The notes: generated from the letters alone by a model not told the origin. A stretch of DNA of 56,408 nucleotides, filler included, from Sphacelaria rigidula (GCA_964200075.2; 7 parts of 7 records of this genome joined end to end with filler, not necessarily neighbours in it), one strand, 5' to 3'. Positions 12,450 to 26,461 are shown, numbered from the whole stretch's first letter. Numbers and translations: made by a program.

Positions 12450-12735
12450 ACCACGACTCAAAATCACCAAATTCACGATTTCTTCGGCCTGATCGCCCAA
12501 AAGGGAGAAAATAGTTAGGGAGAAAATAGTTAGGGAGAAAATAGTTAGGGAGAAAATAGTTGATCGCTGGTCCAAGGGGTATCCATGCAACTTTTGCGCC
12601 ATTCCACATGTCTAGGCTGCGTGTACGTGGGTTTCAACGCTGAAGTAAAGCCTAGGGATTGATGCCTCACGGGTCGACTCATCATACTAAAACCAAGTCA
12701 TTTTCAGACGAATCATTATTTGTCCGACCCTTGCA
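12450..12735 (+). repeat. About 240-bp interspersed repeat, family C (other copies about 14535-14775 and 29515-29745), here containing a (AGGGAGAAAATAGTT)x4 expansion at 12502-12561
   Basis: Shared GTTGA.CGCTGGTC.AA....TCCATGCAAC.TTTGCGCCATTCCAC.TGTCT...CTGGGTTGCAACGCTGAA...ATT.GTCCGAC core in three places. Confidence 0.85.
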
Positions 12736-14985
12736 ATCTTTTCATACAATCTTCTCTTGTCTGTAGCGCTGACCGACGCAAAGATGGAATCCTCCCTGCT
12801 CCTCGTTTTGGACAGGACGCGCCTCTGTGAGCTGCAGAAGACGGCGTCGAAAAGGAGGCCGATGTTCCCGCAACCGCTAGTGTTCTCACACCCGCACGTG
12901 TAGTATGGACGGTGTTGCGGCAATAGAAAGATCCAATCGCAACTTGGTGGGGGGTGTTATTGTCATCGTTGATTTTACTCGACCTCTCTGCCACGCATCC
13001 CTTCCGAGAGGGAGCATCGACTTGCAGGGGCAGGAGGAAGTGTGAAGTGCGTGAAATCAACATAGCATCAATCCTGTGCACCCAGCGCACTCCTGCCTCC
13101 ACGTTGGGTTACCTTGATACTCATCATCGTGGGGGCACACATGAACAATCTCGGCAGTTCACGAGCGACGTTTGGGTGGCAAAAGAGTCATGATATATTT
13201 TCTGTGCTACAGAGTAGCAAAGAATTGTCCCCGGCAACCGTGCTGCTTGTGCAGTAGAATGTTCGAGGCAGTTCTCAATGCGTCAAACATGCCGTGCCCC
13301 ACACGCATCAGAGATCAGTGTAAGAGCCATAATAGCGCGCCTAGTACTCGCCATAGGGGCGTTGCAGGCAGGAGCGATCCCGGTGTTCATAATAGCTGGG
13401 TCGTACTACGTGGGTTGGTTCCTGCATTCGAAATCACAGTCAAGCACGGTAAAACACCCTCCTCACCACGACCACGGCGGTTGGGCATCGGTATTGTTGG
13501 TACAGCGCTCCTACGATGCGTGTAAGATGACAAGAAGGCAAGAAGGCAGGGACGCTGCGAATCTCGCACGGGCGGCTGATGCGTGCTGGGTACGCCGCGT
13601 CGGTTACGCCTGTTTGTCTGCCTTGTGAAATTCGGGCTGCGTGGATATTTCTGACGGATCGATTTCCGTCTTCCATTTGCAAAACCGTGCCGCCAGGAGT
13701 AGTCCCAACTCCGCCAGTAGCAAGCCTGACTATTCCAGGAATGACCCCGACTTCACCAGAAATGACCTGACTCTCGCAGGAATCTCGGACGCCGCAGTGC
13801 TTCTCCAACCTCCAACCTCCGAACCCCAACCCTCACCCCCCCCTCCATGCACGGTGCTCCGTCTCGAAAGGGATGCGTGGTCAATGGTCAAACGACTAAG
13901 GCAAGCAACAAAAGAGTACCCCCCCCCCCCCCCCTTCATGCAACATTGAGTAGATCGTTTTGCTCCTGCAGTTGAACCACAGAGCCTTGAGGTTTCCGCG
14001 TTGAAGGGAAAACATATCAGGCGCATCCACTCGATGTTTCCACCAAATGCAGACAACCGGAATGCGAGCCCAACTTATATGCCGCCATTCTTGAAGTCGA
14101 GCCTCATTCTGTTCCCCTATTCCCGTGCTCCCGTGTGGAATGACCCTTACCAGGGTACCACAGGCCTTGAAGGCTCAGAATTCGCCTCTGCTGGTGACGT
14201 ACCATGACCATCAGAAGTAATGTAGATGGTGCTGTTGCTCTCTCTCTAAGCACATCACACCACACTCGATGTTTTGTAGCAGGTGACACGTGTGAGATGG
14301 CGTCCACCGATGGCGCTGAGAAGAAGGACGTTGCAACCAACACGCGGCGGAAGCGGAAGATAATGGTGTGCACGAGGATCCATCAAAACAAGGCCGACCG
14401 ACCAGTAGACTTAGCGAAGGTGCCACTTTTTGGGGTCGATCACGCTCCAAACAATCCCCCATCCCTTCGGATGATAAAAGATGGATTGCCTCATAGGGTT
14501 GTAGGGTTTAGGGAAGGTAACACGGTGAGGACGAATCATCACGACTACGAATCACCAAATCCACGATTTATTTGCCCTGACTGCCCAAAAGAGACAAGAA
14601 GTTGACCGCTGGTCCAAGGGGTATTCACGCAACTTTTGCACCATTCCACGTGTCTGGGCTGCGTGTACCTGGGTTGCAACGCTGAAAACAAATCCTAGGG
14701 ATTGATTCGCACGAGTCGAATCAATTATACTAAAACCAAGTAATTTCCAGACGAATCATCATTCGTCCGACCCTTGGAAGGTAAGCCCGCCGAATGGCAT
14801 CATCTGCACCGCGCAGTGACAAACTCAATCCTGTCGTATTTCTGATGGACCACTACATATCACGATGCTGATCCGCGACGAATAATCCACCCAAGTCTCT
14901 TCTTACATCTGGTCAGTCCAACATTTTTGGTGTTAATGTACCTGTTGGGGCACTACTGCACGCTATGTACACTGTACCGTTGCAG

Positions 14986-15429
14986 GTGGGCGAATTCGTG
15001 CGGGGCGCCTTGAACTATGCGGACGCGATTGCACTAGCAGTAGGAGTACTCACACCACCGCAGCCGCCGCCACGAGAAACAGCATCAGAGGACACGGAAG
15101 ACACTGAGATGGGCACTCCCGATTACTCCCTCGTGCACTCTGTGACCCGCGTTGCTCGGGAAGCTCAAGCACAACGGGCCAGTTTGCAAAAAAGCGCCGG
15201 CTCGGATCGGGCAACAAACAGGGGTCGATGTACGGATGCCTCCACCGGCTTGGAGGCCGAAGAAGACGGGGGAGCGGAGTGCGAGCCTTCAGGGGTGGAC
15301 TCTGTCGAACTTGATGACGGTGTTGAGGTGAAGGTCATACCGGTGACCCCGTGGGGCAGTTTTACACCGGCCTTGAATGCCCTCTTGGCCTTGGCGGCGC
15401 GCGACGGGGTAGACCTCGTGCTATTTCAG
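14986..15429 (+). CDS. Internal exon (148 codons, phase 0/0) of an uncharacterised protein, possibly glycosyltransferase-like
   Basis: TTGCAG| acceptor, CAG|GTGAGC donor, open frame; conserved-looking ends VGEFVRGALNYADAIALAVG and VKVIPVTPWGSFTPALNALLALAARDGVDLVLFQ around a low-complexity acidic insert. Confidence 0.7.
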
Positions 15430-16047
15430 GTGAGCGATGAAATATTTTTCGTCTGTTTTGATGTTGTTGTGGTTCCTGTATATTTCCCCGTGCGTTTTGC
15501 CTTTCGAAAGTGTGTCGGAGCGCGCACACATGAGGAAATCGTCATGCGGTTGCCTGAAACTTGCCGCCGGAACCCTGCCCCTCGGATTGAGCAGAAATAG
15601 ACACCTGAAAAGCGGTAGCATCGTTCACATTAGTGCACCATATGACGCGAGTTGATAGACCACTATTGGGAATACGTGATATGAAAGCACACTGAAACCA
15701 AGACCATTACCCACCACATCTGGACATTCGATTCCCTGTTTGAGTGGGTCAGATGGACACACCAGCGGCAAAGACCAATCGAGCAAAGGGTTCACACTGT
15801 GCACACCGTCGACAATACAACATGTCTTCAACATATATTAGTCGATCATGTTGGAAGATTGCGATATATTGCCGGCGTAATATATATATATCGGTATCCT
15901 TGGACTGCACATGTATTGCGCGCCAAATATATTATGGTGTCGTGACTGCAAACATATTGCCCGCCCAATGTATAGTGTCTAGGCGCGGCTCTCTGAGAAT
16001 CACGTCCAACCTGCCTATCTGTGCCTTACCCTTTTCTATTACTTCCT

Positions 16048-16147
16048 NNNNNNNNNNNNNNNNNNNNNNNNNNNNNNNNNNNNNNNNNNNNTTAATTAAT
16101 TAANNNNNNNNNNNNNNNNNNNNNNNNNNNNNNNNNNNNNNNNNNNN
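16048..16147. other. Artificial contig spacer
   Basis: N44-TTAATTAATTAA-N44. Confidence 0.98.
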
Positions 16148-16423
16148 GTGGAAGGATGTCTGACACAATTATGAGCCTCTTTTTTCGTGCAACCAAATAC
16201 CCCCCCCTCTATCGTAGGATGACTCAATAGCACCACTCTCGGCAGTCCAATACGCCCTGCTTCGCTGTCCAGTGTCGGATTAGCGGTCGCGGCCATGCAT
16301 TCTGTCGTGCAGAATTTGTCTCGCCCTTCTTCGGCGTCAGCAGACACGCCAGTCCCAGCTCTAATCAGGGCGTTTACGGCTTTTTGTCACGCCGCGTTCC
16401 AAGACTGATCGGTCTCCGCTCAC

Positions 16424-19400
16424 GTGCAGTTCAATTATGACTCTACACGTACCGCGCCCAAACCCGTACGTTTGGCGCCCCGATCAGCGATACAGCGTCC
16501 TCCGTTCGTCTCTCATGAGAGTTTCAACGAACGCAAGCCCAGCCCCTCCTCTACTTCGTACCAAAGTCTTGCTCGCGCTTCTGGACGGCGCCGCACACCG
16601 ACAGATGGTCACGACCACGCCACCCGTGCTGGCAGTTCCAAGGACAAATCCCGGCACAGCTCCGATTCATCGCGCGTCCTTGCCCGCCCGAAGAATGTCG
16701 GTCGTCGCCGCACATCCGAAAGTAGTTCACGGCACAGTTCCAACTCATCGCGCGCTCCCAAGAGCCCGATGAGTGCCGACCGTAACCGTACTAACGAGGA
16801 CAGTTCGCAAAACAGGTCGAATTCATCGCGCGCCCACTTGCGATCCAAGAACGCCGATCATGCAGCCGCGCGCATCCCTTCTGCTTCGCCTAGATCACGC
16901 CGCCGTCATTTACGCAATGATAACACCGTACATACTGCCGACATCCATAACATATTTTTGGACATGTCACCGGCTCTCGAATCCTCAATAGACGGATCCA
17001 GCCGTACTTCATCGCACAACCGACGATCCAGCACTGACCGCGACCCTCCGTCCCGCTCTGATGCTGCGATTATTCGCTTCCCCCAACAACATCTGGCAGA
17101 TCTCAAGTGGACACTCAACAAGACAAAAATGGAGAACAAGGGAGTAACGGTCGCCGCCGCTGCCGCCACCACTGCCGCTGCCGCCGCCGCTGCCACGGCT
17201 GCTACGTCCACCGCCGCGGCTACTACCGCCACGGCTCCCACCACAGTTGCCGCCCCGTCTGCCGTCGACACCGACGCCGATAGTGGGCCCACCACGGATC
17301 CTGTCACGGATGCCCCCGTGCCCCAGACTCCGTCTGTGGAGGATCTCCCTCCGCTTGGTGACGAGCACTGTCCCACGGGCCTCCTCTTGAGGCTGTTCAG
17401 GAACCGTTTCCGCGCGGAAGATATGGCGCTGATTGAGGATTATGCCTCGGAAGCGCCAGCTCTGGTCAAGGATATTCTGGATCAGCAACGTGACGCTGAC
17501 GCCGCCGCTGCACGCCCCCTCGCAGAGGAACATGCTGAAAATCAACGGGATCTCCAGCGGCGGGCCTCACATGCCCAAACAATGAACACGGCCGCCCAAC
17601 GCACCCTCTAGGACGGTCGCACTGCCGCCAAGGCGGCTCAGAGACGTGAACGAGACCTGGAGGACCATGTCAGACGGACCGCCCACGACGCTGCTACGTC
17701 GGTGGCCCGCCTAACAAACCATCAGGCCTTTCCGCCGTCCGCCGGCAACTTGCTCAGTGGTCGCCCTCCTCATCCGCCGTCGAGCCACACGGCCCCACCT
17801 AAGAGCGTGAAATCGACTCACACAGTTCCCCGTAAGTCCGAGCGGCCGTCTTATGCTGCGGCCACCGCCGTGTCCAAGACGGCCCCAACACCCCCGCCTC
17901 GAGCAGCTTTCTCGACAGCCAATGCCGGGCCAAAACAAGGCCTGCAACTCACGAGCCACGAACGAACGTGGCTCACTCGTTTCGCGGCTGAATATTCCAG
18001 CCCGTTCCACCACCCCAATCACCTCCACTGTTCCCGCCAGGCTTGGAACTTGGTGTCCCAACGTCTACACCGCGTGGTTGGCTTTTTCGTGGAACAGGGC
18101 GGCATCTTCCCTGAGGAGGGCATGGCGTCCCTCACCCTGGGCCAACTGGTATTGCATGTGACCACTCGCGCCGACCCTAATCAACCTCATTACGTGGAAA
18201 CTGCCACCGATCGTTTTGCGGTGCTACGTGCTGCGTACAACTCTGATCCCGACGCCACCATCGCCGACGATGACGAGGATGACGATGGTTGGACTCCCAT
18301 GAGTGCCAACTGCAGGAGAAAGAAGAAGAACCACCGGCAGGATGACGATGGCAACGATGGAGGAAGCTCACGTCGCCGCCATGGTGGCGGAGGATCCTCC
18401 TCGGGCAGTTCCGGACCGAACCGCCCGGTCCGCAATAACCGCGGCCCGACCCGGAAGAAAACCGGAGGCAATCCTTCCGAATCTTCCGCGACAGGCTGGA
18501 ACCGGTCTAGCACAGACCTGCCCCCCTCGGGTTTGGCGATACCGAGGCAAGTGATACCTAAGTTGGCCGATGTTTCGGGTCACATTTTCGGTTTATCTGA
18601 TACGGACACACCGAACCGCCCATTGCCTTCTGCCGCAGCCCGCACTTTAGCAACCGCTGCGGCCAACAAAGAATGATCCGAAGCTAGTAAAAAAGCAGCT
18701 TCCGATGAAGTCGAGTCTGCCCGAGTGGCTACAGTACAAAGACAGTACATTCGGAGGATGTGAAAAAACATTGGCATATTTAAATCATGTCTGCTGCCCA
18801 TAACGGAGATTCGGGGCAGTTTACTTCTGCCGCCATCACATCCATCTGCCGTACCGTTTGCAATATCCTTCACTTGGCGGATGCAACGGGCGTCTAACGT
18901 TTTGAAGATCCCAATTGGGTAGAGGGCTGGCAGACCCCTTGGCATCAAGCATTGCACCGATCCATCAACCGCCGCTCTCGCGACACTGCTGCTTCTTTAA
19001 CACAGATCATCGACGGCTTCCTCGCCGCAATGGATCCGGATTGTTCCAAGGGAAAGACAGGCCCGGTACTGCTCTCTGATCTGGAAAGGCGTCTCACAGG
19101 TTATTTTGACAAAAGCGACCAAGCGAGTGCTATCCAGAGGCTAAGTTCCTTTGATGTCGCATTGGACGTCCCCTTCGCGGATTACCTTCGCGAATATAAG
19201 CTTCTAGTCTCCCGCCCTACGGGTGTTGGACGCCAAAATGGACCGCGTGACGCAATGTGTCACACTTACGTTCGCAATAGCGTTGCTCAACAGTACCCGA
19301 CTCTGATGCCGTCGTTGTTTCCGGGTGTCTTGGCGCATCTTGAGGTGTCTTACGCCTCCGTTGATGCCATATGGTCTGCTTTTGTACACCAACAGGGTAA

Positions 19401-21100
19401 TCTAACACTCGCCATACGTGGCAAACCTTCTACGTCTCTGCGTTCACAACCCACGGTTGCGTCCTCCGCTGATGCGCAAGGATCTCGCGGCAGGAATTCG
19501 AGTTCATCGCGCGCTTCATGAACCCCCGACTCGGTCGCTGGTTCAGTTATGCATGTTCAGAGTAACAGAGATGCATTCAGTGCGAGTTTTGATGGTTGGC
19601 CGTTCTCCGAAGAAGCTTGGGATGATGTTATTTGACTTTAAAGCGGCATTCATCACAGATGACCCCCATTTGTGGAACCCACTTCTCTCGTCTCCCGCTA
19701 GACGCAACGTCCTCAGCAGTCATGCCAACACTTGCATCAAGTTTAGTGTTCATAGCCACAGTATGCGCAACTGCGACAGTCCATGCATCAATGCCTTTGA
19801 TCCTTTGATCTTATGAACCCTGAGCTGCAGGACAGTGACCCCGCGTGGCGCCGATGGCAAAAACACATGCGCGACTATCGCCCACCGAATCGAATTTTTC
19901 GTAATAGTTCGAATCAACGAGGCAAAAAAGACTTTAATCGCGGTCGCTGACAAAACAACAATAATGCAAGCCCTCGCCAGAATGATCATAATTCTCGCGA
20001 GAACAAACGGTCCGCTGATGGACACCAGCGGACGGGATCGACACAAAACTCGAACTCCAACACCACAACCTCTGGTACCTTCGCTACGGATCGCATAGAT
20101 CCGTGACGTGCCGACGCCGGCGTTCTAAGGTCTTCCGCGCCGCCGACAGCACTAGCGAAGAGTTTTTCAACACAGCCCGCGGAGTTCGTCACCAAGATTA
20201 CTCACCCGACTCCCCCGGCATTATCCAGGAGCGCTACTGACGGCCGTTCAAGTCGACCCCCGTCTGCAACCTCCACACACGTTTCAACACAGCCCGCAGA
20301 GCCCGCGACTAAAAGTGTTCGCCCGGCTCCCCGGGCACTATGCAGGAGCGCAACTGACGGTCGTTCATGTCGACCCCCATCTTCTCCCTTCCACACACCG
20401 CGTAACAATTGTGTAACCCCGCGACTCAGACCTATACCCGGCCCTGAACTTGGTCCTTCAGTGCCGAGTATAAGTCTGAGGTGTGGGAGGACCAACCACC
20501 AGTCCCCGAGGCAAAGGCTTCTCTCAGCAACCGCACGCACAGGTAGTAGCAAACCTTCTTCAGCTGACCCAAGTGTTGATGATTTGAAGTTGACCACATC
20601 GGATCATGCGATTCTCTATCAGTTGGGTCGAGCTCCTTCCCCGCGATTTTCAACACACGGAACTACCTTCGGCCGATTCTAATAACAATCGCCCCAACAT
20701 GCCTTCGGCTATGACCCCCCAGCCAAGCTTGCCTACGGAAAGCAGCCCACAAGTTTCGCTCCGTCATGCCCCGATGCTGACCCCATCCACCCGACTGGAC
20801 GCAGTTGTGGTTTCGTCCCAAAATATTGTGGAAATTACCCGACCATTGTCTCGGCAACGGGTACATGCTGGTAACATGCATGACACCAGTCTCTCGAGCG
20901 ATTGGCAATCGGCGAGTGAGGACACACAAAGGACACGGGCGAGGAGCTTCCTCTCTGTTCTTGCTTTTCTCTCTGGTGACATCGTCATCGACACGTGTGT
21001 ACACCGCATTCGTTTGGTGCACCTAGCCACAACTGCTTGACTGCTGCATACATTCGGCGGGAAAGATGGTTTCGCTCTGTGTAACTGTTTCGCGTCATCC
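16424..21100 (+). mobile_element. Decayed retrotransposon gag/pol-like region (superfamily uncertain)
   Basis: Long intron-less S/R/A-rich ORFs 16424-17611 and 17702-18676 in the same frame split by one stop; gag-like ORF 18952-19521 (FADYLREYKLLV); degenerate Zn-knuckle-like CIKFSVHSHSMRNC near 19735; 3' part has a second copy on another contig. Confidence 0.55.
20165..20381 (+). repeat. Diverged 117-bp tandem duplication inside the retroelement
   Basis: TTTCAACACAGCCCGC...ACTGACGG.CGTTCA.GTCGACCCCC.TCT at 20165 and 20282. Confidence 0.8.
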
Positions 21101-21597
21101 CTGCAAAAACGATATTTCACTTAAACCTCATTTTAGAGATCAACCCCATAAATAAAAATCCGCTGTTTCCTGCTCTGTCCTATACTGTCTGACCTTGAAG
21201 GTACTTACTGGCTGGGACAATGAACGTGCCACAAACCGAGGGTCGAAGAGTCGAGTCCATGGGGCTATGGGGTTACTCAAGGGTACCTTAGAGAGGTTCC
21301 CCATCAATTTTAACATATAAGGTATTCGTTTCATGAAAGTTGTCCTAGCTGGCGCACTGGCGTACACATTTGTGGCTTGCCTAAGTCAGCTGACCAAGGA
21401 AAGGGGGGCGAAGGGGGATTATTTTCATTCATTGCCGACACCTTACTTGTCTCTATCCTCTCTTACTCCTTGCTCGCTCTCTGTTCCAACGTTACTCAAT
21501 TGTACTCTCCCTCCTATTCTTCGTTTCCTTTTCTCAAACAGTGTGGTCCTGATTCATCGCGTTAACTCTTGAATTTTATTCTCGTCATATCGCTATA

Positions 21598-21793
21598 GGG
21601 ACGCCAAATACCAGCACTTACAGAGCAAAATAAAAGGTGAGCACCGCAGAAGGAAGGTGTAGAACTAAGAACAAATAATAAAGAAAAAAACTCCTTTGTC
21701 GGCCTTCCCCCTGTGTGACCCTGGCTGGTGCGCCCACATATACTGGAAGGTTTAGACCGGCGTCCAGAATAGATGGGACGGAGACACACACAG
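21598..21793 (+). mobile_element. 5'-truncated copy of the tRNA-derived SINE (also 23126-23232 -, 47980-48080 +)
   Basis: TGTGTGACCC.GGCTGGTGCGCCCACATATAC...AGACCGGCGTCCAGAATAGATGGGACG followed by a (CA)n tail, matching the 3' half of 30122-30471. Confidence 0.8.
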
Positions 21794-22014
21794 CGACAAT
21801 ATGTTAAGCATCGTGTCGACTTTCTCTCTCTCTCTCTATATATATATATATAAATTGACATTTCAATACACCCAACATCATGTTCGTGGGGTCAGGAACA
21901 ATCTTATTTTTCAGAACGGGTATGAAATCGGAACCTCGCATACGTCGGTCGACTTCAGGCAGGTAACTCTGGGTGGACCAAGACTTTCGTGGAAGATGTG
22001 TGTTTTTCGTCATT

Positions 22015-22483
22015 TGTGACGAAGCTCAGAGGCATTGCAATATACTAGGATGTGCGGGTCTGCTCGTAGACGCTGGGTTCTGTGACGCGTTGGTATCGTG
22101 TTTGTTATTGTCATCAGTGAGGATTGTTCCGGCGTGACCAGATGTCACCCGGGTCCATCTCGATCAGATGCTGCCTTTGCCTTGGTCGATGACCCAGCCC
22201 AGCTACTCTGGCACGATCACTAAGCTCTGTCCCGATGACTGCGCCCCGACTGTACTAAACCATAGAGTTGCTTGTTGATATGATATGATGATTTCAACAC
22301 GTGAGTTCCTAATCAGCAGTTTACATAAAATGAACCTATGTGTGGTTGTGCTTTGATGAATAGTTATAGGTCGTATGGTGTGCCCACGTGAGAGGTTGGT
22401 TCAGGTGGAACCAATGGTACACCCTGGCACTCGCACTGAGAGACCTCAGCCAATGCATCAACTAGCTATTATATCATGTGACA
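22015..22483. mobile_element. Solo LTR (469 bp) with 4-bp TSD CATT
   Basis: Starts TGTGAC, ends TGACA; CATT at 22011-22014 and 22484-22487; homologous copy at 52529-52975. Confidence 0.8.
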
Positions 22484-24120
22484 CATTGCAGGCTTACGAA
22501 CAGAAGAGCGGCAGTTGATTTCGTTCCCACGGCGACTGGGATTAGCAGCGGTGCCAGACCAAGAGAGAGACGGTGACTTTCTCTCTCTTTTTATCCTGCT
22601 CTAGAGGCCTCTGTGTGGTGTCATGAGTCAGCATTGGGCGTGGGGTACAAGGGGTACGCCGAAACACCTTCTGTACGATCAGAACAGCCCTGGGCGCCTG
22701 CAGGTAGATGTGACCCAAATCAACCCTACCCCCGTCCAATGCGTATAATGCCCTACAAAGTTTGGAATCTTGTTAAATAGTTGTGTGATGTAAAGACACT
22801 ACTACAGTTGGTGCACTGTACAGAGATGTACAGCAAGCGAACATGCGAGGAGCTGTCGGGTGATCCTCCACTTGGACAATCTGGGGCAGGTGGTATGACG
22901 GGCGGTCCAGATTTGAATCATGCTCGGGCGACGACCGGGGTCACGCGTAGGAACATGTTGTGCTTCTCCGCAGTTATTATCACGGGGTACAGCCTCAAAA
23001 CTTGAAATATTATTCGAAAGGGGCTCCGATATATCGATTGGGTTCTTTGGGGGAGATTTTTCACGGGACATTCGAATCTTCATCGTTCCCACGATTCCAA
23101 ATATGAAACTTTCGGCTTCTCGACTCTGTGTGTGGGTTGTGTTGTCGTCCCATCTATTCTGGACGCTGGTCTACACCTTTCGGTAAATGTGAGCGCACCA
23201 GGCGGGGGCACACAGGAGGGAAGGTCAACACGATTTGGAACGGAGAAGACCTCGAATATTTCCGATATGCTTTTCACTATCAGTCTACCCTGAGGACACT
23301 ATTTTCCTTCGTGTGCTTTCGGTGACCGGCGAACACAGCTGGTTCAGTTTTAACATCAACTGTTTGGGTTCAAAAGTTCAACGAATGTTTTGTTTAATTT
23401 AGTTCGGGATACAACGGACGGTTTGATTTGTCAGGTGATAGCTATCACTTCGGAACCGAAATAGACCTAGATCAAGGTGTTTTGTATTTTCTAACTTGAA
23501 CACCACGGATTACAATGGTCAGTACAATGCGGTACAGTACACTAGAGTAGAACACAGTCCAGTATGTTACGAATGTGAATGACACAGACTATAATTATTG
23601 CGACTGAATGAAGCAGTTGCAGCAAAGATAAGCGGTACAACTCATTGTGGCGGTTCAAGGAAATCACGAACCACGAATCTCATTCACGGGGAGTATCTCT
23701 TCAGTATAGTCTACTTGTCTGAATGATGTTTCAAGTAGGATATTTCTGGAGTAGGCGTGTTTCCATTATTTGTTAATGACAGGCACTCTAGCAGAGTGTT
23801 GAGGCCACGTAAGCTGGAAGGTATCTTGTGTGCAAGATTGCAGTTGATCTCAGCTATGAGCTGACAAGGCTACCGCGTCAGCAGCGGGGGTAGTTAACCT
23901 AGATGATAGAGCTTCTATGGACGTACGTGTGCAACGTTGGTTTTATTCCAAGAAGTGATGTGTTGAGGCTTGATCTCGGTCGCCACTGCTCTCACTCTCC
24001 CAAGCTTACCCAGTTCTCCTTCCAGCTTTCTGCGTGCAAAAGAGGCCGTCTGAGAGTCATGCTACGAGGAGGGGGGGGGAGGGGGGGGCGTACTCGTGAT
24101 CATGCATGCCATAATCATCA

Positions 24121-24220
24121 NNNNNNNNNNNNNNNNNNNNNNNNNNNNNNNNNNNNNNNNNNNNTTAATTAATTAANNNNNNNNNNNNNNNNNNNNNNNN
24201 NNNNNNNNNNNNNNNNNNNN
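24121..24220. other. Artificial contig spacer
   Basis: N44-TTAATTAATTAA-N44. Confidence 0.98.
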
Positions 24221-26461
24221 CAAGACAGATATGCCACTTCAACCCCATATTTTGTATGGACCCCAAAATATAAAATCGGCTGTTCTTTGGTGGAATGGAA
24301 GGCTATAAACCCCCCGAAATAGTTGCATGTAGGAAGGTTGGGAGGGATGGGGTGGTCCATATAAAAGTAATTTGTCATAGATTTAGGTCAGGGAAAGCAC
24401 GGCTTCTGAGTTGAATCTCATTCTTTTTTCAACCCCATTTTCAAAAATCCATTGTTCAATGTCGCCACATGAGGGGCTTCACAAAGTCTGACACTAGCTA
24501 TCAGGCGGTTCCTGGGCATTTTCTTCGCTACAGTTTTGGGGCTGGTTTGGGGGGGACTATCGCGGCATCACCTTCGCGCACCCCTGCCGTCGCACCACAC
24601 TCGCTTACAGTCGCTAGGTCCCAACGTGGGATATGCTGTGCGGGTGGTAGTGCTGCTATACGCGTTGTCGTATTATATTGATACACAGTATTCGATTGAC
24701 TACGTGATCGTATCATGTTGAGCGCGGGGTCTAGAGCTGTATGTTGCCCTGTGTTTTTGGGCTGTGATCATTCTTTGGTCGCAAGATTCCCTACAGTATA
24801 CAGCGCAGCATATAACGTCACCACACCCTGGGCAATATTTGGTCAATAGATGCAATAGACAAGAAGTGTACTGAGTAAGTTTTAGACCTATTATTGTTGC
24901 AACTATTGGCCGCCAAAAGTTGCAATCGGCCATACTTTATCCAGTATGTATTTTGTCTATTGCGTCGTTGGCCATATACTGTCCCAGCACTCGGTCCTTG
25001 ACATCTTCGAAATCAGGGCTTCAAACCCTTCTCTGCTTTCTGAGTCTTGATTGTGCGTTGCTGCTTCACCGTCTTCAATTTTGGTCAGGATGATACTACT
25101 CTGTTTTGGGGCTCTGCTCAGGACTTGCGTGGCCAACGGATGGACAAATTATTCCCCCTTTCGTTGTACTCTTGGTTGCTTTCACAGGAAATGTGCCAGC
25201 GGCAACTATATTACATGACTCGGTATTTAAAAAGATGGCTTTATATCTCGGAACAAACCACGCCCGCCTCCTTAGTAGCGTAGTATACATTACAGGTTAT
25301 TATATACTGTACTCAAAATACATAAGAACAGGGATGGTATGGAAATGATGACGCTTTTTTTCACGTACCGTCTACTACCGTACTTGTGCACAAGCTTCTG
25401 CAGCAGCATAGTTTGCAAGCGGACCATGCGCGCCTTGGCCGCTTCTCGTTCCTGCAGACTCCGGAGCTTGGAGCGCCGCGCGGACTTCGATAAAATACGT
25501 TATTATTTTGTGGGTATGGCGGGGAAATAGAACAACGTATTTTGTCACGGAAACAGTTAGCCGTTAGTTGTACCCAACACAGAGCAGACAGCACATCGAA
25601 ACAGTTTGTTGCGGCACCATGAAAGTACAACACGGTTGTGGGGGTACACTGAATAATGAAAGCCATGCTTCATCACCAACCAACGGAGAATTGTTCGTGT
25701 GTGCATACGGAACCAGTGCACCACGGGCTCTCCCCGTAGCAGCTAGTAGCAGCTATAGGATCGACGACGTCTGACGACGTTCACAACCACACAGTAGTGA
25801 CGATATCTACGTATCACAGTATGCTGTGTGCACTACCGCGGCTTTTTACTGGGACGTCATAATTTCCCGAATGCTGTAACCAGCGAACGTAACACATTGT
25901 GGTGGTACACTGCGTTTCCGCACCGGCATGCTGTGCATTCTTGTCTCGTGTTGCTCCCCTCTCTCTGTCTTCATTCAGTATTGAGATACTGTGGTGAGCA
26001 TGTAGTTTGCGCACTCGGCACAGAAATGAATTGCAGATAAGTACCATCATGATTGCGGGAAGATGAGAAGGAGGGATAAAAAAAAATGAAACCGTCATGC
26101 TGTTGGTACGAGTATCATTTTTCGAAGGAGAGGAAGAAGCGGTGTAATTAAGTCGAGTCCTGTATGTTGTACGGATTTTTCAACTTTGAGTGGAGGCATG
26201 CAGCCCCGCCTAAGGACCGGACCTTGATTGGATATCCTTCACTCCGCGTGGTCCCGTAATCACAATCAAAATTAACCCCCCGCAGCGTCGACGTAGTGCA
26301 GACTGTCTGCGACAACTGTACTATACTACTCGTACTGTGGTGCAGTAGCACGTCATTTCCACCTGCCTGTGCCCGTTTAAATCTGAGATCGCAACTTGTT
26401 TTCTAGACACCCGTGCTGTCACCGCGCAACAATCAGTAGTCCACATTACAGCCCGAAACAC

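Noticed and set aside
12502..12561. Telomeric repeat (contains TTAGGG)
   Set aside because: TTAGGG is only part of a 15-bp unit inside a dispersed repeat, not a (TTAGGG)n array.
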